A stretch of 32,000 nucleotides of DNA from Candidatus Kuenenia stuttgartensis (GTDB taxonomy: Bacteria > Planctomycetota > Brocadiia > Brocadiales > Brocadiaceae), in NCBI RefSeq assembly GCF_900232105.1, contig NZ_LT934425.1, forward strand, positions 3,420,001 to 3,452,000, given 5' to 3'. The position numbers and the translations under genes are program-made. Of this stretch, positions 25,954-32,000 are shown one piece after another. The notes beneath the pieces are model-generated. The model had not been told where the DNA came from. It saw only the letters and a list, made by a program, of their open reading frames with translations, and searched no databases. How positions within the stretch are numbered: the stretch's first letter is position 1; each line of letters starts with the position of its first letter.

Positions 25954-27555
25954 TTAATCGAAATAGCCAAGGTCCGTAAGCCGTTCTGCGATCTTTTGGC
26001 TGTCTTCATCGGAATAAACATCTTCATCTTCCGCTGCAAATGCACACGCTTTATCATCGTATTTCGCTGATTTTTCAGCAAGGAACTCTTCGGTAAATAT
26101 CTCATTTAAAATTCTTCCGTCTATAGAATTTGGCACAGTAACATCCATTGTGTAAAGTACGGTAGGCAAAAGATCGATGATTTCAGCCTTCATGTTTGTA
26201 ATGCCCTTTTTTACATGGGGAGATTTGTATACGAATATTCCATTCGGCGCATGATCTCCACACAATTGTTTGTAAGGTTGAATGACGCCGTGTCTCCCTC
26301 CGGATCTCAGTTTTTCGTAAAGAGTTTTTATGCTGTTATATTTCTCATTCCACATGATGATGAGATCCGGCGCCTTATCTAAATATTCACCGTAAAAAAC
26401 CTCCTCTTTCCTGAAAATAGTTTTAATTACAGGTTTTCCATTTTCAGGATCGGCAAGAAGACTCAGCTTACGTATGATTTCTTCCCTTATTGATTCATAC
26501 TCTTCCCCAAGGCTTACAATGCCATAGGGTTCTTTTCCTTTTACATTGATAAAAATGTTTCCCCATGTACCGAGGAAATAGGCGCGTGTTTTTGACCAGT
26601 CAATATAGTGGTCAAACAGGATTTTATCCGCTTTTTTCAGATACCTTCTTTTTAACCTCTTATAGAAATCTTTTATTTTTAAAACAGGAGATTCTTTCTT
26701 TAAAACAAGGAACCCGTTTTCAAGCAACCATCGGTTTACATCAACGCTTTTATATATTCCATGCATGCCGTGATCGGACATGGCAATAATGCTCGTTGAT
26801 TCGTCTACCTTATCCAGGAGCCTGCCAATAGCATCGTCAACCCTTTTGTAAATAGTATATATAGCATTCTCCGTCCCTGGGGAATATCCAGGGTGTTTTT
26901 TGTCGTAATATCTCCAAAAAGAATGCTGCACCCTGTCTGTTGCAGTAAATACAACCATAAAAAAATCAACCGGGTATTTTTCCATCATGTAGAGGGCCGT
27001 CTTTTCCCGCGCCTCTATCATGTCAATCATATGAGCAATATATTTTCCAGGGTTGTTCATTAAAGCCGGGTTGTGCTCCATATCAACAATATAATTACCT
27101 ATTGCCGCCTTTAATTCGTTTTTTAATGCTCCGGGATAGGTAAATTCGCTGTTTGTATCCGGTGTATCTAAACCGGAAATCATAAACCCGTTAACCTTAT
27201 CAGGCGGGTATGTGCCTGGAATATTTATTATTGTTGTTGTATAGCCTTCCTGATTAAGATACCGCCAGATAGGCTGCGCTTTGCAATGGGTTCTGTTCAT
27301 GAAATGAATACTTTGGTCTGTTTTCGATTTTTCTATAAAATCAAATATCCCATGTTTCCCTGGATTTACGCCGGTAAAGAAAGAAGGCCATGCTACAGGA
27401 CTTACCGGCGGTACAGAAGATTCCAGGACGCCGGAACACCCATTGTCTATCAATGATTTTAAATGCGGCAACCTTCCCTGTTCCAGCCATGGGGCAACAA
27501 TATCAAAAGTTGCGCCGTCAATGCCTATTACAAAAACCTTTTCATTATTCTTCAT
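25954..27555 (-). CDS. Alkaline phosphatase superfamily / type I phosphodiesterase-nucleotide pyrophosphatase-like protein
   Basis: VFVIGIDGATFDIVAPWLEQGRLPHLKSLIDNGCSGVLESSVPPVSPVAWPSFFTGVNPGKHGIFDF...; MVVFTATDRVQHSFWRYYD; SIIAMSDHGMHGIYKSVDVNRWLLENGFL. Confidence 0.9.
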   Translation of the reverse strand: MKNNEKVFVIGIDGATFDIVAPWLEQGRLPHLKSLIDNGCSGVLESSVPPVSPVAWPSFFTGVNPGKHGIFDFIEKSKTDQSIHFMNRTHCKAQPIWRYLNQEGYTTTIINIPGTYPPDKVNGFMISGLDTPDTNSEFTYPGALKNELKAAIGNYIVDMEHNPALMNNPGKYIAHMIDMIEAREKTALYMMEKYPVDFFMVVFTATDRVQHSFWRYYDKKHPGYSPGTENAIYTIYKRVDDAIGRLLDKVDESTSIIAMSDHGMHGIYKSVDVNRWLLENGFLVLKKESPVLKIKDFYKRLKRRYLKKADKILFDHYIDWSKTRAYFLGTWGNIFINVKGKEPYGIVSLGEEYESIREEIIRKLSLLADPENGKPVIKTIFRKEEVFYGEYLDKAPDLIIMWNEKYNSIKTLYEKLRSGGRHGVIQPYKQLCGDHAPNGIFVYKSPHVKKGITNMKAEIIDLLPTVLYTMDVTVPNSIDGRILNEIFTEEFLAEKSAKYDDKACAFAAEDEDVYSDEDSQKIAERLTDLGYFD

Positions 27556-27788
27556 AAAATACCTTTACGAGTTTGAAACTGCATAAAATACTTTTGCGTT
27601 GCATGGTAAATAAATAATTGCTATAAAGCTTAAAAGTCAAACGGCAATCCGTAACAGATACTGTTTTTAGCAGATATTTTTTTACTTTTGGAGATGTACT
27701 GTATCTGGATTGTATGAAGCGGCGAATATAACACAATTCCCAAAGACATTCCATTTTATATTTACATTTTCAGAATTATAACCAGAAT

Positions 27789-29159
27789 ATGTATCCTGCG
27801 CATATAACTCCCTCCAAAATAATCCATAAATTTATTGCTAAATTAAGCGATATCAATCTGCGTGAACTTCTTAAAAGCGGTTTTGTTTCTTTTGTTTTCA
27901 AGATCTCGGGAATACTGGCTTCTTATTTATTAATGTTGTTAATTACGAGGAAATATGGCGCTCATACCGCAGGGATATTCACCCTTTTTATTACATTTTT
28001 GAATATTTGCACCGTATTGGGCAGGCTTGGAATAGAGACTACATTATTAAGATTTATCGCCGAATATTCTTCTCAAAACAAAAATGCTCTTATTGCCGAT
28101 ATTTATGTGAAAGCGCTGAAAATAATTATTCCCGTTAGTGTTTTTATCAGTATCCTTTTATATTTCCTTTCTCCCTATATTGCCAGAAACCTGTTTAACA
28201 AAACATACCTGTCTGCATATTTTCAGATAGTATCATTCATGATACTTCCAATGGTTATTATCTTTATAAATTCAGAAAGTTTGCGGGCGCTGAAGAAGAT
28301 TAAAGAATACGCATTTTTACAGGACCTGGCCATACCACTTTTTTCAGTGTTCCTACTGGTGATATTTCTCTTTTTCAGCAGAGGGAAATATATGCCGTTT
28401 GCTGCATATGCTGTAAGTATTTCTATGGTATTTTTTCTGTCGGTATTCCTATGGCTGAAGAAATTAAACGTTACTCGTGTGTTACCTGAAGCAGGCATGA
28501 AATACACAACTCTCTTTACTATATCATTGCCTATTTTAATATCGAACTCGTTATGTTTATTTATGGGATGGACGGATAAAATACTGCTTGGCGCTTTTAA
28601 AACGGAAAGTGATGTGGGAATTTACAATGTCGCTTTCAGATTATCAATGCTGGCAAGCATTCCCCTTTTCGCATTTAATAGTATTGCCGCGCCTAAGTTT
28701 GCCCAATTTTATGGGAATGGCGATATTGCATCCCTTGCAAAACTAGCCCGGCAGGTAACAAAACTTATTTTCTGGGTAACAACCCCAATACTGATTATGT
28801 TTTTTGTATTTCCATCATTTTTTCTCAAAATCTTTGGTGAAGAATTTGGGGCAGGGAAAAACGCCTTAATAATGATGACTGCCGGGCAGATGGTAAATAT
28901 CATGTCGGGTCCCGTTGCATATATTTTAAACATGACGGGAAAACAAAAAATTTTCCGTAATATAATGTTTCTGGTAGCAATAATAAATATCACACTCAAT
29001 GTATGGCTTATTCCTAAATATGGTATAAGCGGCACTGCATTTACAAATATGGTGAGTGTTATGCTGTTAAATATCTTGCTCTTTATTGCTGTCAGGTATT
29101 ATTATAAATTCTCTACCTTTTCAATTACCAACGTTTTTAATATAAAGAGAGGGGCATGA
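27789..29159 (+). CDS. Flippase / oligosaccharide flippase (Wzx-like, MATE/MOP superfamily)
   Basis: FVSFVFKISGILASYLLMLLITRKYGAHTAGIFTLFITFLNICTVLGRLGIETTLLRFIAEYS...; GWTDKILLGAFKTESDVGIYNVAFRLSMLASIPLFAFNSIAAPKFA. Confidence 0.9.
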   Translation: MYPAHITPSKIIHKFIAKLSDINLRELLKSGFVSFVFKISGILASYLLMLLITRKYGAHTAGIFTLFITFLNICTVLGRLGIETTLLRFIAEYSSQNKNALIADIYVKALKIIIPVSVFISILLYFLSPYIARNLFNKTYLSAYFQIVSFMILPMVIIFINSESLRALKKIKEYAFLQDLAIPLFSVFLLVIFLFFSRGKYMPFAAYAVSISMVFFLSVFLWLKKLNVTRVLPEAGMKYTTLFTISLPILISNSLCLFMGWTDKILLGAFKTESDVGIYNVAFRLSMLASIPLFAFNSIAAPKFAQFYGNGDIASLAKLARQVTKLIFWVTTPILIMFFVFPSFFLKIFGEEFGAGKNALIMMTAGQMVNIMSGPVAYILNMTGKQKIFRNIMFLVAIINITLNVWLIPKYGISGTAFTNMVSVMLLNILLFIAVRYYYKFSTFSITNVFNIKRGA

Positions 29160-29201
29160 GTTTCAGAGCAAAAGCTGACAGATTCTGCCACACCCCATAT
29201 T

Positions 29202-30047
29202 TTAGTTCACAGGGATGTTAATTGTGGTTCCGCCGCCAGCATCTGTTTTGCCATGTGTCAATACGTCCTTTACCTGCGGATATAAAATTATACCGCTTTC
29301 AAAACCAATGATAGTGCTGATTATTTGCTGAAAATAAGAAAAATACCTTGCGACGTTTGCGATAACCATTGTTGGCACAAATATTATATCCCCGTGTTCC
29401 AGCATCATATTTTGAGAAAAATCCCCCTTCTTCCACACATCTTTTGTATTTAAGGCGTAAATCGTTGGTTTGCCTTCACCCCGTCTCATTAAAATTACAT
29501 TTTCCAGTTTTGCGTTGCTTGTTGCTCCGCCTGCCCTGGAAATCGCTTCTATAACACTGATGTCCGTATCAAGCACAAAAAATCCAGGAGAATTAACCTC
29601 TCCGATCACGATGGTCTTTTTACTTTGTATGCTGGTAACATTAACCAGTACCTGCGGATCGACAATATAATGGGATAGCCTTTTTTCCAATTGTTCTCTG
29701 AGGTCAAAGGCGCCGACACCGGCAACCTGCACGTCTCCGATTAACGGGAACATGATTTTTCCCGAATTGTTTACCCTTACGGATCTTTGAAGATCGTCAT
29801 GCCGGTAAACGGAGATTTCCACTGAATCGCCTACTCCCAGTATAAACTGGGATATCTTTATCGTATTTAACCGTTCGAATTCTTCACCTTGATCTACAGG
29901 CGCTGCAGGATTTTCGACGACAGGCTTTACCCCTGTGGAGGCGCAACCGTTTAAAAAAACTAAAAGCAAGATGAATGCTGTCAACAGCATCGGAGTGGTG
30001 CATTTTTCTTTGTCATACGTAACTGCACAAGTATTTACCGTTTTCAT
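29202..30047 (-). CDS. Polysaccharide biosynthesis/export lipoprotein (Wza-like)
   Basis: Lipobox-like LLVFLNGCAS; LGVGDSVEISVYRHDDLQRSVRVNNSGKIMFPLIGDVQVAGVGAFDLREQLEKRLSHYIVDPQVLVNV; SLBB-like GEVNSPGFFVLDTDISVIEAISRAGG. Confidence 0.92.
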   Translation of the reverse strand: MKTVNTCAVTYDKEKCTTPMLLTAFILLLVFLNGCASTGVKPVVENPAAPVDQGEEFERLNTIKISQFILGVGDSVEISVYRHDDLQRSVRVNNSGKIMFPLIGDVQVAGVGAFDLREQLEKRLSHYIVDPQVLVNVTSIQSKKTIVIGEVNSPGFFVLDTDISVIEAISRAGGATSNAKLENVILMRRGEGKPTIYALNTKDVWKKGDFSQNMMLEHGDIIFVPTMVIANVARYFSYFQQIISTIIGFESGIILYPQVKDVLTHGKTDAGGGTTINIPVN

Positions 30048-30120
30048 TTGAGTGTAACCTTTTTGTTAATTGTAATAGTTCACTTTGAATGTAAATTTAC
30101 GAATATGTATTCGGCATAAT

Positions 30121-30192
30121 ACAGGTCGCTCCTACGGAGCTTTCTTTCTATTTTTGCACTAATCTCTACAAACAGATCGCTCCTATGGAGCT
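30121..30192. repeat. Two close copies of the small palindromic dispersed repeat
   Basis: acaggtcgctcctacggagcttt (30121-30143) and tctacaaacagatcgctcctatggagct (ending 30192). Confidence 0.6.
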
Positions 30193-30332
30193 AATAGATA
30201 ATATGTTTTTCAAAAACTAAATTGATACTTGGATTTTAACTTTAAATATTTTGCCAGAAAATGCAAAGAAATTACTTATAAGATATTAAATCTTACTTTA
30301 TTAACCAGGGAAACTTAGCATGACGTCATCGA

Positions 30333-31493
30333 TTATATATGTATTAAAATCTTTCCATCTGTCCTTTCGGAAGAAGCCTTGATTGCCTCCATTATTCCTG
30401 CAAAAGGGTATCTTGCAGTGATCATTTTGTCCAGCTTAAGCCGCCCGGTTGCGATAAGTTTAATAATGGAAGGAAAGATTGCGTATCCTGAATGCCCTCT
30501 TGCCCCAACAATTTTATTTGCGCCGGATACAAGATGATCCAGATGCATCGATGTTGTTGTCGCCGCGCGTCCAAGGTATATTATTTTACCGTTAATCGCC
30601 ATGGATTTTTCCATTTCGGGAATGGTGGCAGGTGCTGCACCGGCTGCTTCTATTTGTATATCAGCGCCCCAGCCTTTTGTTATCTCCATTACCTTTTCTC
30701 CGGAAAGACAATCGCGCATTTTATTTGTGTTAAAAGCGTAGTCTGCCCCCATCTCTAATGCAATATTCGCCCTTTCATCTATTATGTCAAAGGCAATAAT
30801 CTGGCTTGCGCCTGCAATCTTTGCTAATGCAATAGCGCCTAATCCAATAGGGCCTGTGCCATATACGACTACCGTGGCACCAGGCTGAAATCCGCCCCCA
30901 ACAATAAACAGCCCATTGTATGCGCAGCCCACAGGTTCAATAAGGGCGCCAATATCAAATGCCTCGTCTTCTGAATATATTTCCCGAAAATCATTAATTT
31001 CCCAGCAATATCTTTCATTTATTGCAATATATTCCGCAAAAGCGCCGTCTGCGCTTAATCCCATTAATTTGATATATTTGCATTGATTGGGCGAACCACT
31101 CCTGCATGCATGGCACATGCCGCACCACATAATGCTTTCAGCGGCGATCCAATCGCCTTTACTGACGTTTCGCACATTTTTACCTGTCTGTTCCACTATT
31201 CCAGACAACTCATGTCCGATGATGCGGGGGAGTTCCGTCACGCCTGAGAATATGATATATCCGTCTTTATCAGTTTCGTAAAGATGGGTATCTGATCCGC
31301 AGATTCCGCAGCTTTTTATTCGCACAAGAATTTCGTCGTCTTGCAGGTTAGGTACCGAAACGTCTTTTACTTCAAATTGCGTATGCTGCCATACCTGGCT
31401 ACCCACATTTGCCCGTTTTTTGGCCTGTTCTTCATTGCTTAACGGGTAGTTCTTTCTGGGATTCCATTCTCCATCCACAATCAGCGCTTTCAT
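30333..31493 (-). CDS. Zinc-dependent alcohol dehydrogenase (medium-chain dehydrogenase)
   Basis: ILVRIKSCGICGSDTHLYE; ELPRIIGHELSGIVEQTGKNV; CGMCHACRSGSPNQCKYIKLMG; VVVYGTGPIGLGAIALAKIAGASQIIAFD. Confidence 0.93.
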   Translation of the reverse strand: MKALIVDGEWNPRKNYPLSNEEQAKKRANVGSQVWQHTQFEVKDVSVPNLQDDEILVRIKSCGICGSDTHLYETDKDGYIIFSGVTELPRIIGHELSGIVEQTGKNVRNVSKGDWIAAESIMWCGMCHACRSGSPNQCKYIKLMGLSADGAFAEYIAINERYCWEINDFREIYSEDEAFDIGALIEPVGCAYNGLFIVGGGFQPGATVVVYGTGPIGLGAIALAKIAGASQIIAFDIIDERANIALEMGADYAFNTNKMRDCLSGEKVMEITKGWGADIQIEAAGAAPATIPEMEKSMAINGKIIYLGRAATTTSMHLDHLVSGANKIVGARGHSGYAIFPSIIKLIATGRLKLDKMITARYPFAGIMEAIKASSERTDGKILIHI

Positions 31494-32000
31494 ACATGCT
31501 CCAGGATTAAACTGTTTTTATTTATTTTACCGCTGCCGCTTTTGGGGATATCTTTCCTGATTTCGATTATTCTTGGGAGTTTATAATGAGGCAACCGGTC
31601 TTTACAAAAATTCAGGATTTCGTGTTCTTTTACATTCTCCCCCGGCTGAAGCACGGCAACTGCCTTTGGTATTTCTCCCCTCAATCTGTCTTTTACAGAA
31701 ATAACCGCTATTTCTTTTATAGAAGGATGTTCCAGCAAAACGCGCTCAATTTCCTGCGGATACACCTTTAATCCGGCGACCTTCATCATCCCCGATTTTC
31801 TCTCTATAAAATAAAAATAGCCGTTTTCGTCCTTCATTCCAAGGTCGCCGCTGTGGTACCATCCGTCTTGAGAACAGGTATTGCCGGCATTGCCATAATA
31901 ATTTTGCACAACTGCCGGTCCTTTGAAGATCATCTCTCCGATTTCTCCATGAGTAAGTTCATTATTATTTTCGTCAACAATTTTTATCTCATATGTTGGA
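31490..32000 (-). CDS. Acyl-CoA synthetase / AMP-dependent ligase, C-terminal part (runs off the right edge)
   Basis: The frame is open to 32000: PTYEIKIVDENNNELTHGEIGEMIFKGPAVVQNYYGNAG...GWYHSGDLGMKDENGYFYFIERKSGMMKVAGLKVYPQEIERVLLEHPSIKEIAVISVKD...PKSGSGKINKNSL. Includes GWYHSGD and the catalytic-Lys region (PKSGSGKINK). Confidence 0.92.
   Translation of the reverse strand, partial: PTYEIKIVDENNNELTHGEIGEMIFKGPAVVQNYYGNAGNTCSQDGWYHSGDLGMKDENGYFYFIERKSGMMKVAGLKVYPQEIERVLLEHPSIKEIAVISVKDRLRGEIPKAVAVLQPGENVKEHEILNFCKDRLPHYKLPRIIEIRKDIPKSGSGKINKNSLILEHV

Noticed and set aside
27545-27754. 69-aa ORF upstream of the AlkP-superfamily gene
   Set aside because: Overlaps the AlkP start and lies in the divergent promoter region before the flippase. 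No family signature, so not listed as a gene.
1-32000. CRISPR array
   Set aside because: No regularly spaced direct repeats with unique spacers were seen. The periodic signals are 10-nt modules in palindromes and one tetranucleotide microsatellite.

Overview
The 32 kb bacterial window splits into two parts. (A) Roughly 1-9.85 kb is a decayed type III restriction-modification locus. It holds a C-terminal mod methyltransferase fragment beside a partial IS630-type transposase, a complete group II intron with its reverse transcriptase/maturase inside mod, two KilA-N-domain remnants, an IS1634-like element with clear terminal inverted repeats, a frameshifted GxxExxY ORF and a frameshifted res gene. 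Three copies or half-copies of a palindromic element built from 10-nt modules (nnACGCNAAT) occur here. One copy lies in-frame inside mod and is itself split by the group II intron. (B) After a GNAT acetyltransferase, ahcY and a MoaD/ThiS-like protein, roughly 13.3-32 kb is a surface polysaccharide or glycolipid gene cluster. It encodes three cobalamin-binding-type radical SAM proteins, a GT9 glycosyltransferase, an LpxL-like acyltransferase, a Wzz/Wzc-like ATPase, an O-antigen ligase, an AlkP-superfamily protein, a Wzx-like flippase, a Wza-like lipoprotein, a Zn-alcohol dehydrogenase and an acyl-CoA synthetase. It also encodes a putatively secreted glycoside-hydrolase-like protein with Gly/Pro/Gln-rich inserts fused to a 23S-IVP-type four-helix-bundle domain. 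The strongest leads are the palindrome-in-mod with nested intron and that fusion protein. No CRISPR array, rRNA or tRNA was recognised. All family calls come from reading motifs, not from database searches.
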